64,000 nucleotides of DNA from an uncultured Planctomycetales bacterium. Lineage in GTDB: Bacteria; Omnitrophota; Gorgyraeia; Aquiviventales; Aquiviventaceae. The notes below the pieces were generated by a model that was given only the letters and a program-made list of their open reading frames with translations, did no database searches and had not been told where the DNA came from. The stretch spans positions 1,953 to 65,952 of the forward strand of contig CAZKXY010000002.1 in NCBI GenBank assembly GCA_964556925.1, written 5' to 3'. Shown piece by piece: positions 43,749-51,498 of the stretch (its first letter is position 1; each line of letters opens with the position of its first letter). Position numbers and translations under genes: made by a program.

Positions 43749-44203
43749 GGGGGACCATCCGTGGCGTGGTGATCCACCCGTTGAGGCAGATCCCGGATGA
43801 GCGCGGGAAGGTCATGCACATGCTGAAGGCGACCGACCCCCACTTCGAGCGATTCGGGGAGATCTACTTCTCGATGGTCTACCCCGGGGTCGTGAAGGGA
43901 TGGCACCGGCATCGCCGCATGACGATCAACTACGCGGTGCCGGTCGGGATGATCAAGCTGGTGCTGTACGACGACCGGCCGCGCTCGCCGACGCGCGGAG
44001 GGCTCCAAGAGCTGTTCATCGGGGACTCCGCCTACTGCCTGGTGAAGGTGCCCCCGATGGTGTGGAACGGGTTCAAAGGGATCAGTCCCGTGCCGGCGAT
44101 CGTGGCCAACTGCGCCACGATCCCGCACGATCCGGATGAGATGGAGCGGCTCGACCCCGGGTCCGACAGGATCCCGTACGACTGGAGCCTGAAGCCCCGC
44201 TGA
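43745..44203 (+). CDS. RmlC-like cupin (NDP-4-keto-6-deoxyhexose 3,5-epimerase / ketoisomerase family)
   Basis: [10 protein letters not shown]...[24 protein letters not shown]...[14 protein letters not shown]...[13 protein letters not shown] overlap. Confidence 0.7.
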   Translation: MRGTIRGVVIHPLRQIPDERGKVMHMLKATDPHFERFGEIYFSMVYPGVVKGWHRHRRMTINYAVPVGMIKLVLYDDRPRSPTRGGLQELFIGDSAYCLVKVPPMVWNGFKGISPVPAIVANCATIPHDPDEMERLDPGSDRIPYDWSLKPR

Positions 44204-44204
44204 C

Positions 44205-45446
44205 ATGCCTGCGCACACGCGCTGCCGCATCTGCGAGACCACGTTGCCTGCGCCGTTTCTCGATCTGGGCGAGATGGCGCTCGCCAACGCGTTCCTCGCC
44301 TCGCCGGCGGAGTTCGCGCAGGAGCCCCGGTATCCGCTGGCGGTGGCGGGCTGCCCCGGATGCGGCCTGGTCCAGCTGACCCAGGTGGTGCCGGCGGAGC
44401 AGCTCTACCGGCACTACGTGTACGTCTCCTCCACCTCGGAGGCGGTGCGCCGCTACGCCCAGGAGCTGGCCGCGCGGATCGTGGGGCGCTTTCGCTTGAC
44501 GCCGTCACAGCGGGTGGTGGAGCTGGGCAGCAACGACGGGTTGGTGTTGCTGGCCGTCCAGCGCCTCGGGGTGCAGGTGCTCGGGGTGGAGCCGGCGCGC
44601 AACATCGCGGCCGTGGCCAGGGCGAACGGCGTGCCGACCGTTGACGAGTTCTTCACGGCGGCCACCGCCGGCCGCCTCGCGGCCGCCGAAGGCCGCGCGT
44701 CGGTGATCCTGGGCCGCCACGTGTTCGCCCACATCGATGACCTGCACGATTTTTTTGCGGGCATCGACGCGTTGCTGGCGCCGGACGGGGCGCTGCTCAT
44801 CGAAGTCCCGTATCTCGGGACCCTGATCGAGCAGCTGGAGTTTGACACGATCTACCATGAGCACCTGTCCTATCTGGCGCTCGGGCCGATGACCGCGATC
44901 TGCCGGCGGCACGGCTTTGACGTGGCGGATGTCGAGCCGGTGGCGCTCCACGGCGGCTCGGTGCTGTTCACGGTCCAGCGCGCCGGCCCGAGCCTCGCCG
45001 TCTCGCCGCGCGTCGAGGCGATGCGCCGAAAGGAGCAGGCCCTGCGCGTGAGCGATCCCGCCACCCTGCGCGCGTTCGCGCAGCGGGTCGCCGCCTGGAA
45101 GCAGGGGTTCGAATCCTGCGTGGAGCGATTGGTCGATCAGGGCGCGCGGCTCGCCGGCTACGGCGCGGCGGCCAAGGCGAACACCCTGCTGAACTACTGC
45201 CCGGGCGTGGCCAGGCGGCTCACGTGCCTGCTGGACCGCAGCCCGCACAAGCAGGGCCGGTTGACGCCGGGCGCGCACCTGCCGGTCGTCGACCCGGATC
45301 GCTGGGAGGCCGACGGCACCTCGCACCTGCTCATCCTCGCCTGGAATTTCAAGGACGAGATCATGCGGCAGATGCGGCCGTTCGCCGAGCGGGGCGGCCG
45401 GTTCGTGATCCCGATTCCGACGCCCGAGGTCGTGTCAGTCGGATGA
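44205..45446 (+). CDS. NDP-hexose C-methyltransferase (TylCIII-like), no. 2
   Basis: CRICETTLPAPFLDLGEMALANAF...CPGCGLVQL (Zn ribbon), VVELGSNDGLVL (motif I), YHEHLSYL and a C-terminal FVIPIP tail. Confidence 0.75.
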   Translation: MPAHTRCRICETTLPAPFLDLGEMALANAFLASPAEFAQEPRYPLAVAGCPGCGLVQLTQVVPAEQLYRHYVYVSSTSEAVRRYAQELAARIVGRFRLTPSQRVVELGSNDGLVLLAVQRLGVQVLGVEPARNIAAVARANGVPTVDEFFTAATAGRLAAAEGRASVILGRHVFAHIDDLHDFFAGIDALLAPDGALLIEVPYLGTLIEQLEFDTIYHEHLSYLALGPMTAICRRHGFDVADVEPVALHGGSVLFTVQRAGPSLAVSPRVEAMRRKEQALRVSDPATLRAFAQRVAAWKQGFESCVERLVDQGARLAGYGAAAKANTLLNYCPGVARRLTCLLDRSPHKQGRLTPGAHLPVVDPDRWEADGTSHLLILAWNFKDEIMRQMRPFAERGGRFVIPIPTPEVVSVG

Positions 45447-45720
45447 CGCGCATGCCCGCCAGCTGCGGGGTGGGCTCGCCTGCGGGGCGCGGCGTCGCTC
45501 CGGCCGCCCAGCGTGCGGCCGGTCGCTCAAAAGGTGTCAGATACTGCTCTGTCGAAAAGCCGCGGTTCCAGAGCAAAAAGTGTCAGACACGTTTCCCGCT
45601 GCGAGACGACAGGTCAAAAGGTGTCTGACACTTTTTGCGATGCGCAGCGGCCTGCCGGCCAGGCAGGACCCGGCGGGCTAGCGTTAGACCGGCGGGCTGA
45701 GGTGGGGAGAGGATGACGCG
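45441..45720 (+). repeat. composite intergenic cassette B flanked by a perfect 10-bp direct repeat GGATGACGCG
   Basis: GGATGACGCG at 45441-45450 contains the upstream TGA. The same 10-mer at 45711-45720 contains the downstream ATG. The two copies are 270 bp apart. The interior is homologous to cassette A and carries three GTGTC-N-GACAC half-palindromic sites centred at 45539, 45585 and 45626. Confidence 0.8.
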
Positions 45721-46618
45721 GGTGCTGGTGATCGGGGCGGCAGGCCAGCTCGGGCGCGCCCTGTGCGAGGCGCTCCGGCAGGCGCAGCATGAGGTGGTCG
45801 AAAGCGTCCGCCGCGCACCGCAGCCAGGCCAGCTCTGCGTGGATCTCGAGGCGCCTGCTGATGCGATCGCGGCGGTGCGGCGGTGTGCGCCGGACTGGAT
45901 CCTGATCGCCGGCGCCTTCTGCAATGTGGACCTGGCCGAGACGGAAGCCGCTCGATGTCGCACGGTGAACGTGGAAGGCCCCCGGGCCATCGCCGCCTAC
46001 GCCCAGGCCGCTGGCTGCCGGGTGGTCTATTACTCCACCGACCAGGTCTTTGATGGGACGCGCGAGTCGTGCCGGGAGACGGATCCCGTCAACCCGCTGA
46101 ATGCGTACGCGCAGAGCAAGGCCCAGGGCGAAGCGGCGATCCGATCGGCGCTTCCGGATCGGCATCTCATTCTCCGAAGCGCGTGGCTCTACGGCCCGGA
46201 CCCGGCACGGCGCAACTTCGCGCTGCGCCTCATCGACACGCTCAGCGCCGGATCTGCCGTGCGCGTGCCGTCGGATCAGTGGGGGACCCCGACGTACACG
46301 GAGGATCTGGCCGAGGTGACGCGGTTCCTGATGGCGCGCGGCCGGTGCGGGACGCTCCACGCCACCGGGCCGGAGCTCATCGATCGGGTCTCGCTGGCCC
46401 GGCGCATCTGCGCCGCTTTCGAGCTAGATGAGCGCCAGGTGGTGCCGACCCCGACCGCCCAGCTGCGGCAGCCGGCCAGACGCGCCCTGCGCGTCCGGCT
46501 GGAAGGCGGGGCGCTTCAGGCGGTCGGTGCCGGGCCGCTGCGAGGGGTTGAGGAGGGGCTGGCCGCGCTGCGCCAGTGGCAGAGAAACAGTGCCTGGCCC
46601 GTTTCCATCGTCGGATGA
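45713..46618 (+). CDS. NDP-4-dehydro-6-deoxyhexose reductase (RmlD-like)
   Basis: VLVIGAAGQLGRAL, YYSTDQVFDG and NAYAQSKAQGE (YxxxK). Confidence 0.8.
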   Translation: MTRVLVIGAAGQLGRALCEALRQAQHEVVESVRRAPQPGQLCVDLEAPADAIAAVRRCAPDWILIAGAFCNVDLAETEAARCRTVNVEGPRAIAAYAQAAGCRVVYYSTDQVFDGTRESCRETDPVNPLNAYAQSKAQGEAAIRSALPDRHLILRSAWLYGPDPARRNFALRLIDTLSAGSAVRVPSDQWGTPTYTEDLAEVTRFLMARGRCGTLHATGPELIDRVSLARRICAAFELDERQVVPTPTAQLRQPARRALRVRLEGGALQAVGAGPLRGVEEGLAALRQWQRNSAWPVSIVG

Positions 46619-47682
46619 GTCAGTCCGTCCCGTTGGTGTCGATTTGCGTGCCGACCTCCAACCGGGCCGCCGCCCTGCGTGCGGGGCTCACGGACGCCCG
46701 CCGGCAGGACTACCCCCGGATCGAGATCCTGATCAGCGACAACGCCTCGGATGATGAGACCCCGCAGGTCTGCCGCGAGGCCGCGGCGCAGGATCCGCGG
46801 ATCCGGTACGTCCGCCAGCCGGCCAACATCGGGCTCTACCGGAATCACAACTTCTGCGTCGAGGAAAGCCGCGGGGACTTCCTGTGTTTTTTCCATGACC
46901 ACGACGAGCGCGATCCGACGATGATCAGCCGGTACGTCGCCTTCCTCCGGCGCCATCCGGATGTCGGCGCGGTCTGCTCAAACTGGGAGCTGATCGACGA
47001 GGCGGGCCGATGCCTCGGCGTGCGGGATCACCCCGTGCCGTCCGTGATGCCGGGGCTGGACTTTATCGACCGGACGATTCGCAGCGGCCGGTGCTCGCTC
47101 GGCATTCCGGGGACGATGGTCCGCCGGGGCGCCTTGGGGGACATCCGGTTCGACCCGGAGGGTCCGATCGGGTTCGGCGACTTCCCGGTGTGGTGTCAGC
47201 TCGCCGAGCGCTCGCCGATCGGGCACCTGCCCGGGCGGCTGTGGCGTTGGCGCCAACTGCGCTCGTCCCAGAGCGCGTGCACGGTGGAGACCATGGTGCG
47301 CGATTACGAGGCCGCGCTGGCGGCCTACTGCGATGCCCACCTGGCGCGCTGGCCGGGCCACGCCCGCCTCGTGGCCGCGTGGCGGCGGGCGATCCGCCGC
47401 TACATCTTCTGGGCCCTGGCGTTTGAGCTCGGGCTCCAGCACCGCCCCCGGCCGGCGGGGAGGCTGCGGCGCGGCGCGACGCTGTTTGAACTCTTGGACT
47501 ACCGGCTCGAGCCCGCCGCGCTCCAGCGGGTGGTGCAGCAGTTGCGCGCGTACCGCACCGGCCCCATGGAGACGTTGGCCGCCGCGGCCATCGCCGGCCT
47601 GATCCGGTGCCGTCTGCCAGGGCTCTTCGCGTGGGCGACCGATCACAGCTTGGCGTTTCGGCGGCTGTTGCGCTTGCAGTGA
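46615..47682 (+). CDS. GT2 glycosyltransferase
   Basis: VSICVPTSNRAAALRAGL and ILISDNASDDET...ANIGLYRNHN. ATGA overlap. Confidence 0.75.
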   Translation: MSQSVPLVSICVPTSNRAAALRAGLTDARRQDYPRIEILISDNASDDETPQVCREAAAQDPRIRYVRQPANIGLYRNHNFCVEESRGDFLCFFHDHDERDPTMISRYVAFLRRHPDVGAVCSNWELIDEAGRCLGVRDHPVPSVMPGLDFIDRTIRSGRCSLGIPGTMVRRGALGDIRFDPEGPIGFGDFPVWCQLAERSPIGHLPGRLWRWRQLRSSQSACTVETMVRDYEAALAAYCDAHLARWPGHARLVAAWRRAIRRYIFWALAFELGLQHRPRPAGRLRRGATLFELLDYRLEPAALQRVVQQLRAYRTGPMETLAAAAIAGLIRCRLPGLFAWATDHSLAFRRLLRLQ

Positions 47683-47692
47683 GGAGACGACC

Positions 47693-48799
47693 GTGAAGCT
47701 TCGGCTCTTAGACTGGCTGGCCTGCCCGGATTGCGGCGGGCCGGTCGAGGCGGAGGCGTTCAGGCGGGATGACGCCAGCGGCGAGATCGAGGAGGGGCTG
47801 CTGCGCAGCGGCTGCGGGCGGGTCTACCCGGTGGTCCAGGCGATCCCGCGCATGCTCGATGAAGGCGTGGAGCTGTTCCCCGAATTTGCCAGGCGGTACG
47901 CGGATCGGCTGCCGCCGGAGCGCCGCCAACCGGCCGGCGGCAGGTTTTCCGTGTCCGAGCGGTTGATCCGCCGCACCATGGAGAGCTTCGGCTACCAGTG
48001 GACGCTCTTCCCGGAGATGGTCATCGATTTCCGGGAGAATTTCCTCCGGTACATGGAGCCGTTGACGGAGTCCTTTTTCCGCGGGAAAGTCGGCATCGAC
48101 CTCGGCTGCGGCTTCGGCCGGCATGTCTACAACGCGGCCCAGTGCGGGGCGGAGATGGTCGGCGTGGACTTAAGCCGCGCCATCGATGCCGCGCGGCGGA
48201 ACACCCGGCGACTGGCCAACGTCCATCTCGTCCAGGCCAATCTGTACCGCCTGCCGTTCCGGCGGCAGTGCTTCGATTTCGCCTACAGCCTCGGGGTCCT
48301 GCATCACCTCCCTGATCCCGAGCGGGGGTTTGCGTGCCTGTGGCCGCTGGTCAAGCCGGGCGGCACCGTGCTCATCTGGGTCTACAGCAAGAGCCGGCGG
48401 GTGACCAATTGGCTGCTGGAGACCGTCCGCGGCATCACGACCCGCCTCTCCGCACGGGCGCAGACGGCCATCGCCTATGCGTGCGCCGCGGCGGACTGGT
48501 CGCTGTTCATCGCGCCGTACCGGATCGGATCGCGCCTGCCCGTGATCGGCCGCCTCGTGGACCAAATCACCTTTCCTCGGCTCAAAGTCTACAGCGCGTA
48601 CCCCTTCCAAGTCGTCTGCGCGGACTGGCTCGACCGCCTGACGGCGCCCATCCGGTTTTACTACGACGGGCAGGATTTGGACGGCTGGTTCCGGCGGGCC
48701 GGACTGGATCAGATCCGGGTCCACGCGACCGGCTTGTTCGGTTGGACGGCCTGCGGGCAGACCGCGCCGACTGAGCACCCGTCCCCTATCCCGTCATGA
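47693..48799 (+). CDS. Trm112-like Zn-ribbon + class-I SAM methyltransferase
   Basis: LLDWLACPDCGG...YPVVQAIPRML (Trm112p-like) then GIDLGCGFGRHV (motif I). GTG start 7 nt after GAGGAG. Confidence 0.7.
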   Translation: MKLRLLDWLACPDCGGPVEAEAFRRDDASGEIEEGLLRSGCGRVYPVVQAIPRMLDEGVELFPEFARRYADRLPPERRQPAGGRFSVSERLIRRTMESFGYQWTLFPEMVIDFRENFLRYMEPLTESFFRGKVGIDLGCGFGRHVYNAAQCGAEMVGVDLSRAIDAARRNTRRLANVHLVQANLYRLPFRRQCFDFAYSLGVLHHLPDPERGFACLWPLVKPGGTVLIWVYSKSRRVTNWLLETVRGITTRLSARAQTAIAYACAAADWSLFIAPYRIGSRLPVIGRLVDQITFPRLKVYSAYPFQVVCADWLDRLTAPIRFYYDGQDLDGWFRRAGLDQIRVHATGLFGWTACGQTAPTEHPSPIPS

Positions 48800-51498
48800 C
48801 GAGTCTCGTGTCCATCGTCTGCGTCTCCGCAGGAATCGTGGTGGCCGGCAGTGGGCTGCTCTGGTGGCTCGCGCGCGCGCCGGATGATCGGCGGCTGCGC
48901 CCCATCCTGCTCACCTCGTTCTGGATTCGGGCGTCGCTGGGGATCGCGCTCTACGCCATCTCCTTCCAGCACTGGCCCATCCTGCCCTCCCTGCACGTCC
49001 AAGACGGGTTCTGGACCTTTGCGCTCGACGCCCGCCTCTACCATTCCTGGGGCGTCACGATCGCCGAGGCCTGGCAACATGGCATCGAGCTGCCTGATTC
49101 GGGAGCCACGTACGACTATTACGCGATCATCGCGGCGATCTACCGGCTGCTCGGAGCCCACCCGCTCTACGCGATTCTGCTGCACGCCTGGCTCGGGGCG
49201 CTGACCGGATGGCTGGCGTACCGTATCGGCCAGCGGCTCTTCGACGCGCGGAGCGCCTTGCGTGGGGCGCTCCTCGTGAGTTTTTGGCCCTCATCGGTGC
49301 TCTGGTCCACCCAGATCCTCAGGGATTCAATCAGTTGGTCTCTCATCCTGGCCGTCCTGTGGCTGGTCGCCCTGATGGTTGGACCGGATGCCCGGCCCCT
49401 TCGCGTCCGGGGATGGCGGTGGGCGCTGCAGGCCGCGGCCCTTGCCGGCGCGACCATCCTGCTGGCACGGCTCCGGGTCTACCTGGGCCCCATCCTGGTC
49501 GTGACGGCGCTTGTGACGCTTGTCCCGGCTGGCTTCATGAACCGTCGGGTGGGCCGGCCTCTGTGGCGCACCATCTCGCTGATCAGCCGCCGGGTGGGCC
49601 GGCCTCTGTGGCGCACCATCTCGCTGATCAGCCGCCGGGTGGGCCGGCCCATCTGGCGTTGTGCCCGCCTCATCCGCCGTCCGGTCGTTCAGGCCGCATG
49701 GCCGGCAAGCGTGGCGGCCCTGGTGATCATCGCCGTGGTGGTGGCGAGGGATCTGGATACGACCCGGCTCGTCTCGCCAGCGCATCCTGAGGAAGGGCAC
49801 GTCAGGCTCGGCCTGCAGCATCAGCGGTCCGGCGATCTCGCGCAGGCGGAGGTGGAGTTCAAACGGGCGATCCAGCTCCGGGCGGACTACCAGCCGGCCT
49901 ACCGGCTGTTGGCAGACCTGTTGTCCAAGGCGAACCGGCCGGAGGAGGCGCTTGAGGTCTGCGCGAGTTGGCCAGGCGCCGACGACGATGGCGCGATGCG
50001 CCAGTGCGTCAGCCAGCTCAAGGCTCGCTTGAGCGAGCAGGCGCTTGTCCGGAAGCCGGATGCCACGCAGGCGGCGCCGGCGGTGCCGCCTGCCATGGCG
50101 CAGGCGCCCGCAGCCCCCCAGGCGCCTGGAGAGATGGGAGTCGCTCCCCCATCGCCCGCCACCAGCGCGCGCCTCGGACCGAAGCCACGCCGACGCCGCT
50201 GGGGGAAGAATACGCCGCCTGAGGTGGAGGCCGGGCCGGCCCAGAGCGTTCCCGATCCCCAGTCGGTGGTCCTGAAGGGGGAGGTGGTCGATGACGGGCG
50301 GCCCACCAACACCCTGACGTACCACTGGACCCAGATCTTCGGCCCGGCCCCCGCGCGCTTCGCCACCCCCAACGCCCTGGAGACCAGGGTGGAGCTGCCC
50401 GCGCGCGGGCGCTATAACTTCTATTTCACCGCCTCGGATGGGGACCTCAGCGGCTTCGATGGGCTCTTCGTCACCGTAGAACCGCTCCCAAATACGCCGC
50501 CGAAGGTGGAGGCCGGGCCGGCCCAGAGCGTTCCCGATCCCCAGTCGGTGGTCCTGAAGGGGGAGGTGGTCGATGACGGGCGGCCCACCAACACCCTGAC
50601 GTACCACTGGACCCAGATCTTCGGCCCGGCCCCCGCGCGCTTCGCCACCCCCAACGCCCTGGAGACCAGGGTGGAGCTGCCCGCGCGCGGGCGCTATAAC
50701 TTCTATTTCACCGCCTCGGATGGGGACCTCAGCGGCTTCGATGGGCTCTTCGTCACCGTGGAGGGCTTCCCGGTGCTGGCAGCGCCCCCGACCGAAACCC
50801 AGCCTCGCCTCGCCCTCCACCCCCCGTCAACCGCCCCCCTCATGACCCGGCTGATCACCCAGGGGATGGCCGTGGTGCATGAGATGAGCCCCCAGTGGCT
50901 CTCGTCCCTTCGGACCAGCGTCGTCATGGGCGGCGGCGAGTTGATGGACGCGCAGAAGGAGATCTTGCAGCCGTTCGACCTGATCACCTATCTGCCCCGC
51001 GCGCTGCTCGTGGGGTTTCTCGCCCCGTTTCCGCAGCAGTGGTTCGATACCAGCGGCAGCACGGGGGCGATGCGGCTCTTCGCGGGGGTGGAGATGGCCG
51101 TGAGCTATCTGCTCCTGATCGGGCTCGTGCTGCGCGCCTGGCGAGCGATCCGTCTGTTTGGGCCGATCGGCTGCGTCCGGCTCGCGATCCGGCGGATGCC
51201 GCTTGGGGGGTGGTTCCTCCTCGTCTACGGCCTGGTCATGGGGGCAGGCGTGTCCCTCGTCATGGCGAACATGGGGACGCTCTTCCGGATCCGGCTGCTG
51301 TTCTGGCTGCCGTTGCTCATCCTGGTGGCGGCCGCGGATCCGCTCGGCAGCTCCCGGTGGCGCCAATGGCTCAGTCGCTGGATCGCGCGATGGCGCGGCG
51401 GGCGTCCCGCCCAAGTCATGAAGCCGGAACCGGTCGGCGAGCCAACACCCGTGACGACCTCCATGGAACCGGTCGCCGGCGCGCGGGAGCCACGCTGA
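48796..51498 (+). CDS. GT-C (ArnT/PMT, GT39-like) membrane glycosyltransferase with TPR segment and two identical PKD/Ig-like domains
   Basis: The N-terminal multi-TM region (YYAIIAAIYRLLGAHPLYAILLHAWLGALTGWLAYRIGQRLF...LLVSFWPSSVLWSTQILRDS) looks GT39-like. It also has a TPR-like GDLAQAEVEFKRAIQLRADYQPAYRLLADLL. Two tandem 94-aa repeats match a PKD-like pattern (VEAGPAQSV...L.GEVVDDG...LTYHWTQIFGP...G.Y.F.FTASDG). More TM helices at the C-terminus. Confidence 0.6.
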   Translation: MTSLVSIVCVSAGIVVAGSGLLWWLARAPDDRRLRPILLTSFWIRASLGIALYAISFQHWPILPSLHVQDGFWTFALDARLYHSWGVTIAEAWQHGIELPDSGATYDYYAIIAAIYRLLGAHPLYAILLHAWLGALTGWLAYRIGQRLFDARSALRGALLVSFWPSSVLWSTQILRDSISWSLILAVLWLVALMVGPDARPLRVRGWRWALQAAALAGATILLARLRVYLGPILVVTALVTLVPAGFMNRRVGRPLWRTISLISRRVGRPLWRTISLISRRVGRPIWRCARLIRRPVVQAAWPASVAALVIIAVVVARDLDTTRLVSPAHPEEGHVRLGLQHQRSGDLAQAEVEFKRAIQLRADYQPAYRLLADLLSKANRPEEALEVCASWPGADDDGAMRQCVSQLKARLSEQALVRKPDATQAAPAVPPAMAQAPAAPQAPGEMGVAPPSPATSARLGPKPRRRRWGKNTPPEVEAGPAQSVPDPQSVVLKGEVVDDGRPTNTLTYHWTQIFGPAPARFATPNALETRVELPARGRYNFYFTASDGDLSGFDGLFVTVEPLPNTPPKVEAGPAQSVPDPQSVVLKGEVVDDGRPTNTLTYHWTQIFGPAPARFATPNALETRVELPARGRYNFYFTASDGDLSGFDGLFVTVEGFPVLAAPPTETQPRLALHPPSTAPLMTRLITQGMAVVHEMSPQWLSSLRTSVVMGGGELMDAQKEILQPFDLITYLPRALLVGFLAPFPQQWFDTSGSTGAMRLFAGVEMAVSYLLLIGLVLRAWRAIRLFGPIGCVRLAIRRMPLGGWFLLVYGLVMGAGVSLVMANMGTLFRIRLLFWLPLLILVAAADPLGSSRWRQWLSRWIARWRGGRPAQVMKPEPVGEPTPVTTSMEPVAGAREPR
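49546..49660 (+). repeat. 45-bp tandem repeat x ~2.5 inside the GT-C gene
   Basis: CGGGTGGGCCGGCCTCTGTGGCGCACCATCTCGCTGATCAGCCGC begins at 49546, 49591 and (diverging) 49636. It encodes RRVGRPLWRTISLIS repeated. Confidence 0.85.
50209..50772 (+). repeat. 282-bp tandem duplication (2 copies) inside the GT-C gene
   Basis: The copies start at 50209 and 50491. A central ~255-bp stretch is identical by eye. Differences occur only in the first ~12 and last ~18 nt. Each copy encodes one 94-aa PKD/Ig-like domain. Confidence 0.9.

Noticed and set aside
49546-50772. Tandem repeats considered as a possible CRISPR array or VNTR locus.
   Set aside because: The repeats are directly adjacent with no unique spacers. 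They are in-frame inside a long ORF and encode protein-domain-like sequence. No cas genes are present.
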